Assembly: GCA_965228735.1 (NCBI GenBank) | Contig: OZ245838.1 | Location: 6,688,001 to 6,752,000, forward strand | DNA length: 64,000 nt | Source of the DNA: Planctomycetota bacterium | Lineage (GTDB): Bacteria; Planctomycetota; UBA1135; UBA2386 | Direction: 5' to 3' | Part shown: positions 38,101-47,047 of the stretch, piece by piece | Layout: each line of letters begins with the position of its first letter | Numbering within the stretch: position 1 is the stretch's first letter | Notes under the pieces: model-generated | What the model was told of the DNA's origin: nothing | Databases searched by the model: none | Seen by the model: the letters and a program-made list of their open reading frames with translations, nothing else | Position numbers and translations under genes: made by a program

Positions 38101-39282
38101 GACACACCGCGCGAGCGCTTCGCCGACCAGTTGCAGCGCCCCGTCGAGATCAGCGTCGAGACGCCCGTCGAGCGCTACGACCTGCGGCTGTCGCTGCGGA
38201 CGACGCGTTCGACGCTGCGGGCCGTGGAGCTGGGCGAACTCGCCGATGTCCCGGCAGCGCTCGCGGACCTGCGGCTGCTGCCGCTCCTGGCACCGACCGG
38301 CCCGTTCCCGGAACCGGTCCCGGACGGGGCACCGCCGCGAGCGCTGTATCGACCCCAGGTCGCCGCCGCGGTTCGCAACATTCACGACCTCGTCCTGCAG
38401 GACCGCGAACTGACGGCCGAGCAGGCCGTCGCGATCGTCGACGTCGGACTCGCGCGGCGCGGGGATCTGCCCGCGAGTGCGCTCGTGCACGTCGCCGATC
38501 CGCTGCAGCACGAACGGCTCACCGCTCGCGCGCTGTTGCCGGAGTCGGCCCGGCGCGGTCGACCCGGGGCGCCGCTCACGGGCATCGACTTCTACCAGGC
38601 CTACACGCTGTGCCGCCTGCTCGGTGTCGCCGTCGCGGGTGACCCCGAGCTGTTCCGGTTGCCGTTCGGCGTCGAACTCGAACTCGCGGCGTTCGGAACA
38701 GTGCCGACAAGCGCGTGCAACGGGCCCGCGGCGCGCGGGCAGCCGGTGTCGATGCCCGCGTTCCGCGCCGCGAGGACGCGGCTGTCGATCGGGCGCGCGC
38801 CGACGGTGGCGGAGAGCCTGCGCGCGGGCGACGTCGCACCGGGTGCGGCGGGCGGCGAGTTCGTCGGCCTCGACTTCGGGGTGCGCGAATGGGTCGGCGA
38901 TCTGCCGCACGTGCCCGAGCAGAAGTCGCTGCTCGAGGAGTGGATCGGCGACCACGAGAGTCACGTCGCGCGGGTTGCCGGTTTCGCGGACGGCACGAAG
39001 ATGCCGCCCGCCGAGCTCGCGGGCCCGTTGCGCACGTTCGGCGTCGTGCGTGGCCTCGCGCTCGGCGAAGTCGCTGGCCTGCTCGCGGCGTCCGGACAGC
39101 GGCTCGAGCCGATGGGACTGACCACGGTCCCCGCGTCGGTGCCGGGCGTGTTGCGCAGCGAACAGCTGCGACGTGACGGGCGCGATCTGCTCGCGGACCG
39201 CCCGGATCCCCGGCTGCAGGTCGTCGGCTTGCGCGTGGCCGGCACGACGGCATTCGTCGCGCGCTTGCGAGGACTCGAATGA
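35149..39282 (+). CDS. Hanks-type Ser/Thr kinase with N-terminal Zn ribbon, TM helix, beta-sandwich repeats and degenerate FGE-sulfatase-like C-terminus
   Basis: CxxC...CxxC; LGRGGLGTV, VAVK, HCDLAPRN, DFG and APE motifs; TM helix; DLAGN/DPVGN repeats; GIDFYQAYTLC...FRLP...GVREWV. Confidence 0.85.
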   Translation: MNICLSCEGVTATTAKRCGHCGAFLLPLDDVHFPTRRGEADAGHPMLGAVVDGKYRLEGVLGRGGLGTVFQAEHAGSLMKVAVKLLHPRFSERPEYQKALLPEARRAATVTNERCARLLDVGETADGGTYLAMELVDGDTLDTLVKSGPVAPSHAVDILVDIAEALVAIHEVGLVHCDLAPRNVMVSQRSSGLVAKVLDFGIARSVSVTAGERLEHGEFRGFANPAFSAPEQLAGQDVDPRADLYSLGALGWFLLTGKPPIEEGDSSRAARAAVAGELVDWPGVSGVPRRLQRLLQRCLARDPGARPASAAAVRRELITIAGTRRPALTRLAVFALAVAAVLTVAVSFAGQEAYLQSVGGPLVLSERTSIDVVHLQSRQLETVQLRFGGFRADRLRLDIARDGTVLRQWPLGPQVDANQETLTLSVAQPEWQRALQSILDSSRDNAVDLTFVVPGRPPLGTCRVRLDDDPPALELTLNDPDTAGISAGTVAQWQVDDRTGLVEARLVVELEGGRTFGFDLPVASAGGGEVALGRDLATRIDEVRSSGGGAIRIVAADLAGNVANRIVHEFDWLDVRAPSVQDVTGPTGEDYLPSVSGRIRMRVQLSAPEPGSRLVVRNVDGSEVARRQLEEASVCVLEIDADAPEVGPPSASKRYEFEVVDPVGNRSTRTVTCAVRDSSIGLQFLGDGLSFVTVGEELVIGPDGADATLRCSPLYRVATMRIESENAAAQKATIDFRAQPGTTAVTFGSVPPGRHRLAIELTESAGDGALRVREWLPLRVLPPAIEVHIAPPASRFLAGLVRAGVLAEAGDGYREGNGWGLDPDLRTYVRGSVWTGFTLGPIPLPMVADPSDPLLPELRPLPGHNVLALDLVDVLDRDVRVLVGDAAPPRRLVGGRSVDVIAEFFWHNEPPVAVGEELLVEHGQPARLRLRFPLPYDERDALRLSLSENELLPVGIESEGAGDDRSIATYEIPFEIWRSAAGLVDTPRERFADQLQRPVEISVETPVERYDLRLSLRTTRSTLRAVELGELADVPAALADLRLLPLLAPTGPFPEPVPDGAPPRALYRPQVAAAVRNIHDLVLQDRELTAEQAVAIVDVGLARRGDLPASALVHVADPLQHERLTARALLPESARRGRPGAPLTGIDFYQAYTLCRLLGVAVAGDPELFRLPFGVELELAAFGTVPTSACNGPAARGQPVSMPAFRAARTRLSIGRAPTVAESLRAGDVAPGAAGGEFVGLDFGVREWVGDLPHVPEQKSLLEEWIGDHESHVARVAGFADGTKMPPAELAGPLRTFGVVRGLALGEVAGLLAASGQRLEPMGLTTVPASVPGVLRSEQLRRDGRDLLADRPDPRLQVVGLRVAGTTAFVARLRGLE

Positions 39283-40415
39283 TGCACCGGCAGCCATGTT
39301 CGCCAACGCGTCGCCCGGCGGCGCGCCTGATGCTCGCGCTCGTGGCGTCGCTGCTCGCGCTGGTCGGTTGTCAGTCGACGGCATCCGAGGTCGGCGGCCT
39401 CGCCGCGCTGCCGCCGCTCGATTGCGCCGTGCTCGTCACGGGCGGCGCGTTCCTCACGGGGAACGACGACGTCGCCGGCACGTTCTACGACGCGCCGGAT
39501 CCGGCAGCGGCGCCGGCGGGTGCGACCGATCCGGCGCGCGAGGTCATCGCCCTCGACGCCGTCGTCGACGTGCTCCGTCGCGCGCGGGTCTTCCGCCGCG
39601 TCGAGATCGACGCGGATCTCGGGCGCCGTCGGGCGGTCTCGTCGGCGCTTGCCGGCGATGCGGGCAGCGCGGTCATGCCGGCCATGCTCGCGGAGGCGCG
39701 GGAACGGGGGTTCGACTTCGTGCTCGTGCTCGAAGAGCTGCAGGATGGCCCGATCGACGAGCAGGGCATCAACGGCCGCTGGCCCGTGACGTTCGCGACG
39801 TGGATCCTGCTCGGTGTCGGCGCCCTGATTCCGGATCACACGTTCGAATCCCGCGCGACGTTGCGCGCTACGCTGCGCGAGCTGCAGGCCGGCCGCCCGG
39901 TGCACGACCCCGTGTTCGTCGGCGGCCCGATCGAACTCGCCCTGACCGAGCGCACCGACGTGCTCGGGTTGATCCTGTCGATCCTCGTCCCGCCGTTCTG
40001 GGTCGGCAACGATCGCGAGAACCTCGTGGATTCCGTGCGTCAGGTCACGCGGCGGCGCCTGCTGCTGTCGCTCGCGCGCGACCTCAAGAGCGAGACCGTG
40101 CGCCGGCGGTTGCGGGAGGGCAGCGCCGCGGCGGTGACGCTCGTCGAAGGCGGGGAGGACGAGGGCGCGGTCGTCGTCGTCGACACCGTGGAGAGTCTCA
40201 CGGCCGTGCGGCTGCGCGCCGAACCCGCGCTCGATCGCGAAGTCGCTCTGGTGTTCCAGGCCGAGCTGCTCGCGTCGCTCGAGAACATCGGGGGGCGCTT
40301 CCGCTACCGCGCGCGACTGCCGGCCGCGGCCGATGGTCGGCTCGTGCAGGTGCTCGTGGCCACGATCCGCGGCTCCGTCGCGTCCGCCACGTTCCGGCCC
40401 GGGGAAGCGCGGTGA
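39279..40415 (+). CDS. Hypothetical lipoprotein
   Basis: LLALVGC lipobox; overlaps the neighbouring genes by 4 nt on both sides. Confidence 0.7.
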   Translation: MMHRQPCSPTRRPAARLMLALVASLLALVGCQSTASEVGGLAALPPLDCAVLVTGGAFLTGNDDVAGTFYDAPDPAAAPAGATDPAREVIALDAVVDVLRRARVFRRVEIDADLGRRRAVSSALAGDAGSAVMPAMLAEARERGFDFVLVLEELQDGPIDEQGINGRWPVTFATWILLGVGALIPDHTFESRATLRATLRELQAGRPVHDPVFVGGPIELALTERTDVLGLILSILVPPFWVGNDRENLVDSVRQVTRRRLLLSLARDLKSETVRRRLREGSAAAVTLVEGGEDEGAVVVVDTVESLTAVRLRAEPALDREVALVFQAELLASLENIGGRFRYRARLPAAADGRLVQVLVATIRGSVASATFRPGEAR

Positions 40416-41311
40416 ACGTGCCGGCGGCATTCGTGCTCGGCGCGGCGTCCCACACCGGGCACGTGCGGGTCAACAACGAGGACGACTACCTCGTGGGGGC
40501 GCTGCTGCCGCCGGCCGACGAGTTGCTGTTCTGCGCGGTCGCGGACGGCATGGGCGGCGTCGCCGGCGGGGCCGAAGCGAGCCGCGCCGCGCTGCGCGCT
40601 CTCGGGGCGACGGTGCTCGACGGCGAGGCCGACGCCGGCGTCGACGATCGGCTGGCCAACGGCTTCGCGGCGGCGGCCGAACGCGTCGCCGAACAGGCGC
40701 TCGCGGTGCCCGCACTGCGGGAGATGGGAACGACCCTCACGGCGATCTGCCTCGTGCCCGGGCGGGCGCTGGTCGGTCACATCGGTGACACGAGGCTGTA
40801 CCGCGTGCGGGCGACCGAGGCCGAGCTCATGACGATGGATCACGCGCTGCGGTCGCCGAACAACGTGCTCACGAAGTGCATCGGCGGCGGCCACGCGACC
40901 TGCGAGCCCGATCTCGTCGACTTCGACACGCGCCCTGGGGACCGGTTCTTGTTGCTCTCGGACGGGGTGTGGAGCGTGCTCTCCGCAACGGACGTGGCGC
41001 GCCTGGGTCGCGGGAGCGAACCGCAGGCCGCGGCCGAGGCCCTCGTCGCGGCGGCGTTGCGCGCGGGCGGACCCGACAACGCGACGGCGATCGTGGTCGA
41101 CGTCTCGGCGACCGCGGCCTCGGCGGCCGGGCACGAGCTCGAACTCGAGCGCGGCGAACGCCCCGACGCCCGGTCGGTCTGGCCGCGGCCGCGTTCGCTG
41201 CGGCCGCCGCTGTGGCCGTGGCTGGTCCTGATTCTCGCCATGGTCCTGATCGCGCTGGCGCTGATGTCATGGGCGTTCGACTGGACCCTCTGGGGCCTCG
41301 TGCGCCGCTGA
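40412..41311 (+). CDS. PP2C-family Ser/Thr phosphatase with C-terminal TM helix
   Basis: RVNNED, VADGMGG, MGTT, HIGDTRLY, SDG and GGPDNAT motifs. Confidence 0.92.
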   Translation: MNVPAAFVLGAASHTGHVRVNNEDDYLVGALLPPADELLFCAVADGMGGVAGGAEASRAALRALGATVLDGEADAGVDDRLANGFAAAAERVAEQALAVPALREMGTTLTAICLVPGRALVGHIGDTRLYRVRATEAELMTMDHALRSPNNVLTKCIGGGHATCEPDLVDFDTRPGDRFLLLSDGVWSVLSATDVARLGRGSEPQAAAEALVAAALRAGGPDNATAIVVDVSATAASAAGHELELERGERPDARSVWPRPRSLRPPLWPWLVLILAMVLIALALMSWAFDWTLWGLVRR

Positions 41312-41408
41312 TCGTCGGGCCGGGCCAGCCGCGCACGGGCGGGCTGCCGCGGGCTTTCGGTGACCGTTCGGCCGCGGCTCGCTATGCTGCCCGGGCCCCT
41401 CGAGTCGT

Positions 41409-42566
41409 ATGCCGAAGAAGCTCCAGCGCAAACTCTCCGTCCAAAAGGCGAGCCCGGCCAAAGCCGTGGCGAAGAACGGCACGCCCAAGAGCGGCGGCGG
41501 GTTCTCGCTCGGCGGCAACCGGGTCACGCCGCGGGTGCTGACGCAGTTCACGAATCAGCTCGCGGTGTTGCTCAATGCCGGCATCCCGATCGCGAAGAGC
41601 CTGCGAGTCATCGAGGGTCAGCTCCCGGCGGGCCCGATGAAGCGCATCTCCGCGGGCCTCGTCGAGGAGGTCGAGGGCGGCACGCCGCTGTCCGAGGCGA
41701 TGCAGAAGCACGACGCCGTGTTCGATCCGCTCTACACCAACATGGTGCGCGCGGGTGAGGCCGGCGGTGTGCAGGAGGAGATCCTCAACCGCCTCAGCGG
41801 CTTCCTCGAGCAGAGCGAGACGATCAAGTCGCGGGTGAAGGGTGCGCTCGCGTATCCGATCGCGATCCTCGTCGTCGCGATCGCGGTGCTCGCGCTGATC
41901 TTCATCTTCGTGATCCCGCGGTTCCGGTCGGTCTTCGAGAGCATGGGCCAGGGCGATGCGATGCACTGGACCACGGAGACCGTGATCGCCATCGGCGAAC
42001 ACCTGCAGGGGTTCTGGTGGGTCTACCTGCTGTCGATCGTGGGCATCGTCGCGCTGCACCGGCTGCTGATGGCGAAGGCCATGGGCTACAAGCGCGTGAT
42101 GCACCGGCTCGCGCTGAAGATGCCGCTGTTCGGTACGCTGGTGCACAAGAGCATGGTCGCGCGATTCGCGCGCACGTTCGGCACCCTGATCGAGAGCGGC
42201 GTGCCGCACCTCGACGCGCTCGAGATCCTCATCGCGTCGACGAACAACGTGCACATGAAGGACGCGGTCGACGCCGTGCAGACGTCGATCAAGGAAGGTG
42301 CCGGTTTCGCGTCGCCGATGGGCGAGAGCCGCATGTTCGACGACATCGTCGTCAACATGGTGGACGTCGGCGAACAGACCGGTGAACTCGACCGCATGTT
42401 GCAGAAGGTCGCGGACCGCTACGAGATCGAGGTCGACCGCACCGTGGAGACGACGTTCAAGGTCATCGAGCCGATTCTGCTCGTCGTGATGGCCGTGGTC
42501 GTCGGCTTCATCGTGTTCGCGCTGTTCATGCCGCTCCTGACGATGATGCAGAACCTCAAGCGGTAA
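41409..42566 (+). CDS. pilC: Type IV pilus / T2SS platform protein (PilC/GspF)
   Basis: FTNQLAVLLNAGIPI, MVRAGEAGG, ALAYP, VGEQTGEL and IEP motifs. Confidence 0.92.
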   Translation: MPKKLQRKLSVQKASPAKAVAKNGTPKSGGGFSLGGNRVTPRVLTQFTNQLAVLLNAGIPIAKSLRVIEGQLPAGPMKRISAGLVEEVEGGTPLSEAMQKHDAVFDPLYTNMVRAGEAGGVQEEILNRLSGFLEQSETIKSRVKGALAYPIAILVVAIAVLALIFIFVIPRFRSVFESMGQGDAMHWTTETVIAIGEHLQGFWWVYLLSIVGIVALHRLLMAKAMGYKRVMHRLALKMPLFGTLVHKSMVARFARTFGTLIESGVPHLDALEILIASTNNVHMKDAVDAVQTSIKEGAGFASPMGESRMFDDIVVNMVDVGEQTGELDRMLQKVADRYEIEVDRTVETTFKVIEPILLVVMAVVVGFIVFALFMPLLTMMQNLKR

Positions 42567-42570
42567 CCCA

Positions 42571-44058
42571 TTGTCGCTGGCCTGGCGGATCCTGCTGATC
42601 GCGCTGCTGCTCAACGTCGCGACGCTGGGCGGCGTCCAGGTCATCGTCCACAGCAACCAGCAGGCCTGGTTCCAGCGCGAGCGCACCAACTTCATCAACT
42701 CGGTCTTCGACTCCGGTCGCGAGCTGGCGCGCGTGTATTCGCCCGAGTCGCTGAGCGACGACAGTGCCGAGGCGCTGCAGGTCCGCAGCCTGATCAGCAA
42801 CACCACGATCCGCAGCGAGTTCGCGGACGTGATCGTGACGAGCGGTCGGCCGCCGCACGGGCGCGTCTACCTCAACCCGGGCGGCGCGGTGCACCGCGAC
42901 CCCGACGCGTTCCCGCATGCGACGATCGTCGCCGCGATGAATCGCGCGGCCGAGGTCAACGGCACGGTGCCGGTCGCGGGCGGCACGTGTTTCGCCGTGC
43001 GGCAGAAGAAGGCCGGCGTCGAGGAGGTCGTCGGCTTCGTGTGGTTCCGCCCGAAGTCGGCCGCGCTGCCGTCGGCGCTGCCGTTCTGGGGCAGTCTCGT
43101 CGCGCTCTCGATCGGCGTCCTGCTGTTCGGAGCCGCGCTGTTCGTCGGGATCCGTCGTACTGTCGGGCGTCCGCTCGAGCAGCTCCACGCGGCCGCGTCC
43201 GACGTCGCGAGCGGGCGCTACGGCGCGCGGCTGCCGACGAACCTGCCCGGCGCCGAGTTCGCGCCCGTCGTTACCGCATTCAACCACATGGCCGGCAAGG
43301 TCGAGGACCACACCGCGACGCTCGAACGGGCGGTGCAGGAGGCCGTCGCCGAGGCCAAGCAGAAGGAGCGCGCGCTCGTGATGAGCTCGCGCCTCGCGAG
43401 CATCGGCACGCTGGCGGCCGGTGTCGCGCACGAGATCAACAACCCGATCGGCGGTATGCAGAACGCCGTCCAGCGGCTGCTCGCCGCCGAGGACCTGACC
43501 GACAAGCAGCGCACCTACCTGCGCCTCGTGCAGGACGGCCTGCAGCGGGTCGGTCGCACCGCGCGCCGACTGCTCGACTTCTCGCCGAAGGAGGGCCAGG
43601 CTGCCGAGTTCGCGCTTGCCCAGGCGGTCGAGCAGGCGGTCGCGCTCGTCGAGCACCGGCAGAAGTCGGCGGCGGTCGCGCTCGACGTCGACGTCCCGGC
43701 GAGCCTGCCTGCCCTGCGCGGCGACGCGCACGAGATCCAGCAGGTCGTGCTGAACCTGTTGCTCAACTCACTCGACGCGCTCGAGCAACGCGGCGCCGGC
43801 GGCCGGATCACGGTGCGGGCCGAATCGACGGGCGAGGGGATGGTGCAGCTCCGCGTCGAGGACGACGGCCCCGGCATGGACCAGGCCCTGCTCGATCGCG
43901 TGTTCGACCCGTTCTTCACCGAGAAGGAACGCCCCGACGCGAGCGGCCTCGGCATGTTCATCAGCTTCTCGATCGTGCAGAACCACGGCGGCACGATGAC
44001 CGTCGACAGCGCCCCGGAGCAGGGCTTCCGCGTCGAGATCCGGCTGCCGGTGGCGTGA
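42571..44058 (+). CDS. Membrane sensor histidine kinase (HAMP-HisKA-HATPase)
   Basis: GVAHEINNP, NLLLNS, DDGPG, FDPFFT and GLG motifs. Confidence 0.92.
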   Translation: MSLAWRILLIALLLNVATLGGVQVIVHSNQQAWFQRERTNFINSVFDSGRELARVYSPESLSDDSAEALQVRSLISNTTIRSEFADVIVTSGRPPHGRVYLNPGGAVHRDPDAFPHATIVAAMNRAAEVNGTVPVAGGTCFAVRQKKAGVEEVVGFVWFRPKSAALPSALPFWGSLVALSIGVLLFGAALFVGIRRTVGRPLEQLHAAASDVASGRYGARLPTNLPGAEFAPVVTAFNHMAGKVEDHTATLERAVQEAVAEAKQKERALVMSSRLASIGTLAAGVAHEINNPIGGMQNAVQRLLAAEDLTDKQRTYLRLVQDGLQRVGRTARRLLDFSPKEGQAAEFALAQAVEQAVALVEHRQKSAAVALDVDVPASLPALRGDAHEIQQVVLNLLLNSLDALEQRGAGGRITVRAESTGEGMVQLRVEDDGPGMDQALLDRVFDPFFTEKERPDASGLGMFISFSIVQNHGGTMTVDSAPEQGFRVEIRLPVA

Positions 44059-44067
44059 TGACGATCG

Positions 44068-45438
44068 TCAGACCGGCTGCCAGTCGAGCGACTCGCGCAG
44101 TGCGTCGGTGACCGCCTGCGCGGCGCCGTAGCCCGCGCCGAACAGCGAGTCGAATCGCACCTCGCCGTTCTCGATGCGGAGCCGGGCGCTGCCGCTGGGC
44201 GAGCGTTCGTAGAGATCCGGGTGCGCTGCGAGCGTGCGTTCGACGACCGGCGCCGGCAGGTGGTCGAGGCCGCCGACGTAGTGGTGGCCGTTGCGTTCGG
44301 CATGGGGGAGTCCGAGCACGGCGGCCGTGACGAGGTCCTGCTGCACGCTGAGCACCGGCTGGTTCGTCAGGTCCTCCGAGCTCTGGAACCGCCCGTGGTG
44401 ATCGGCGCAGAACTCGCCGCTCAGCAGCGCGCGGAACACGCCCTTGCAGTTCTTGACCGACACGCCGTCGTAGTCGCTCTCGCGGAACGTGCGGCGCTGG
44501 GCGTCGGCTTCGTCGAGAAGCAGCGGGCGCGCGCGCGGCCAGTCCGACTCGGACGGTCGCTGCAGCGACGCGTGGCGCGGCAGCGGCTGTTCGATCCACG
44601 CGATGCGCGGCAGCAGTTCGCGGCCCGTGGGGCTCGCGGCGAGTCCGCGCCAGAAGCGGTCGAGCTCCGCGATGTCCGGATACTGCTCGTTGCCGTCGAG
44701 GGTGAGCCGCACGGCGTCGAGTCCGAGCTCGTGGAGCAGCTCGGCGATCGCTTCGAGGCGCGCGACGTCGGCGGTCGCGCCAGCACCGATCTTGACCTTG
44801 AGCCAGCGCACGCCGTGCTGTTGCAGCACCTCGTCGAGCGCTTCGGGCTGGCCGTCGTGCAGTCGAACGGCTGCCGGGATCTCACGGCTGCGCAGCGGGT
44901 CGAGGCGGCCAACGGTGTGCCGCACCTCGATGCGACGCGGGTGCGCGCCGCGGTCCTCGAAGGCGCGCCCGAACACGCCGCTCGTCAGGGCTGTGGCGAA
45001 GTCGAGTTCGTGGGCGCGGCAGACGGCATCGAGCATCGCGCGTTCGACGAGCGCGATGCCGAAGCCGCGCTCGAGCAGGTCGGGCACCGTGGGCGCTTCG
45101 CGCTCGACGCGCTCGTGCTGCACCTGCCGCCAAGTCTCGAACACGGTGTTCGCCGGCATCGCACGGAAGCACTCGGCTCCAACATTGACGGCATCGCAGA
45201 GCGCGCGCTGGTCGCCGTCGTGATCCCGGTCGACGTCTTTGCGGAACCACCGCGGCACGAGCAGATCCGCGGCCATGCCGATCGCGGTCTTGCGGCCGTC
45301 GACTGCGAGCGTCGCTGCGACGTGCAGGAGCGGTGCCTCGGTCACCGTCACGCCCCCGAAACGGAACGGGAGGCGCATCCGGCAGTCGACCGTGGCGACC
45401 TCGACGGCGCGAACGGCGACGTGCGGCGCGCGCGTCAC
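44068..45438 (-). CDS. Enolase-superfamily (mandelate racemase-like) protein
   Basis: RLPFRFG N-domain; KVK, LDGNE, WIEQP and LDE metal-ligand motifs. Confidence 0.75.
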   Translation of the reverse strand: MTRAPHVAVRAVEVATVDCRMRLPFRFGGVTVTEAPLLHVAATLAVDGRKTAIGMAADLLVPRWFRKDVDRDHDGDQRALCDAVNVGAECFRAMPANTVFETWRQVQHERVEREAPTVPDLLERGFGIALVERAMLDAVCRAHELDFATALTSGVFGRAFEDRGAHPRRIEVRHTVGRLDPLRSREIPAAVRLHDGQPEALDEVLQQHGVRWLKVKIGAGATADVARLEAIAELLHELGLDAVRLTLDGNEQYPDIAELDRFWRGLAASPTGRELLPRIAWIEQPLPRHASLQRPSESDWPRARPLLLDEADAQRRTFRESDYDGVSVKNCKGVFRALLSGEFCADHHGRFQSSEDLTNQPVLSVQQDLVTAAVLGLPHAERNGHHYVGGLDHLPAPVVERTLAAHPDLYERSPSGSARLRIENGEVRFDSLFGAGYGAAQAVTDALRESLDWQPV

Positions 45439-46643
45439 TCGGACGCTTCCGAGGTCGTCGGGCCGGGTGGGGTCGGCGAGGCTTCGCCCGGGCGCGGGCC
45501 CTCCGCCGCCTTCTCGTTCGGCTTGCGGCTGGCCTGCGGTCGATCCGCGGCGGCGGCGTCCGCGTGGCCCTCGCTGTAGAGCCAGACCTGGTTCTTGCCC
45601 CGGCGCTTGCTGTCCTGCAGCGCGCGGTTGGCGTTGCGTCGCAGGGTGTCGAGGTTGCTCGCCGTCCGGCCGTCGTAGCTGTCGATGCCGATCGACACCG
45701 TCGCGCGACGTTCGTAGTCGCCGCTCTGCACGACCGTGCTCGCGATGCGATCGCAGATGCGCAGCGCGGTCTGCACGGCCTCGGCCGGGCTCGTCTGCGG
45801 CAACAAGACACAGAACTCGTCGCCGCCGAAGCGTGCCGCGAAGTCGGTCTCGCGGATGTTGTCCTTGAGCGAGGACGCGATGCGGCGCAGCACCTCGTCA
45901 CCGAACTCGTACTCCGTCGAGTCGTTGATGCTCTTGAAGTCGTCGACGTCGATGAGCAGCAGCGAGAGCGGGTTGTGGTGCCGTTGCGCGCGCTTCCACT
46001 CGAGCTCGAGAATGCGCCGGAAGTAGCGATCCGACGTCAGCCCCGTCTTGAAGTCGATGCTGACCTGGTCCTCGAGCATGCGGGCGCGCGACCGCAGACC
46101 GCGGAAGCGACTGCGGTTGGCGAGCGCGAGCTCGAGCCGGTGCACGCACTCGGCGGGGGAGAACGGCTCGAGCAGGAAGTCGCGGAACGGGATGCGCATC
46201 TGCCGCGCGTCCGCGAGCGCCTCGAGGTCGTCGACGATCAGGATCAGCGGGATCGGGTCGTCCTCGCGCTGCAGGGTCTCGATCAGCTCGAGCTCCACGC
46301 CGCCCGAGCACAGCACGAGCGGGTTGAGGATCACGAGGTCTGGTCGTTCGTCCTGTACGAGGCGGTGGCTGTGGGCCAGGGACTCCCCGATCTGCACCGA
46401 GTGGCCGACGCGGGTCAGCGCGTCGCAGAGGCCCTGCAGCTGGTCGCCGCCATGATTCATCACGAGAATCCGGCCGGACCGGGGCGTTTCGGCTTCGCCG
46501 GACCCGTGGCCGGCCGCGCTCTGGCGGCTCTGGCGCGACGCCCCGGGGTCCGTCGTCGTCGGATCGGAAGGCTTCGGCGCCTTCGGATCCGGCCGCGACG
46601 GATCGCGGTCGTCCGGGTTCTTCGAAACGTGCCCCTCGGTCAT
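45435..46643 (-). CDS. Diguanylate cyclase with atypical receiver-like domain
   Basis: DVDDFKSIND and ARFGGDEF motifs; N-terminal PDLVILN (Asn at the usual phospho-Asp position). Start uncertain. Confidence 0.88.
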   Translation of the reverse strand: MTEGHVSKNPDDRDPSRPDPKAPKPSDPTTTDPGASRQSRQSAAGHGSGEAETPRSGRILVMNHGGDQLQGLCDALTRVGHSVQIGESLAHSHRLVQDERPDLVILNPLVLCSGGVELELIETLQREDDPIPLILIVDDLEALADARQMRIPFRDFLLEPFSPAECVHRLELALANRSRFRGLRSRARMLEDQVSIDFKTGLTSDRYFRRILELEWKRAQRHHNPLSLLLIDVDDFKSINDSTEYEFGDEVLRRIASSLKDNIRETDFAARFGGDEFCVLLPQTSPAEAVQTALRICDRIASTVVQSGDYERRATVSIGIDSYDGRTASNLDTLRRNANRALQDSKRRGKNQVWLYSEGHADAAAADRPQASRKPNEKAAEGPRPGEASPTPPGPTTSEASE

Positions 46644-46908
46644 GGCCTCATTGTGCGCGGTCTCGTCCCGCACCGGTATCGGCATGTGGGTAGGAAGCGG
46701 CGGTCGGTGCAAAATCTCTCGCTTTTCGCGCCCGCGGAAAGAATTCGTCGGTCGGGGTCCGCGACCCCCGTCCGCCCTCTGGCCCATGGCTCCGCCCGAT
46801 CCGCCGCGTCCGGCGCCGCGCCGTCCTGACCGGAACGACCGCGACATTCGACTCGGCGGGGGTGATCCAAAACGCTAGCGATCGGCCGGTCGGGGTTCCA
46901 GATCGACC

Positions 46909-46936
46909 TTGACCGGCCTGCTTCGCTCACTAGACT
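46909..46936 (+). promoter_or_regulatory. Putative rpsB promoter
   Basis: TTGACC-N16-TAGACT about 110 nt upstream of rpsB. Confidence 0.5.
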
Positions 46937-47047
46937 GCTTCGCCCCATCTGTCACCGATTCGGGCGACAGAAGGGCCCCGTTCTGGGTAGCCAATTGAAT
47001 CGATTTGTCGTCGCCGGCGTGGTCCGGCGGCCAGGAGCCGTTCGCAA

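Noticed and set aside
35143..39384. Long antisense or alternative-frame ORFs (e.g. 1413 aa here; also 30037-32793, 29193-31553, 3521-5626, 51006-53321)
   Set aside because: These are shadow ORFs typical of high-GC DNA: Arg/Ala/Pro-rich, no motifs, and overlapping well-supported genes.
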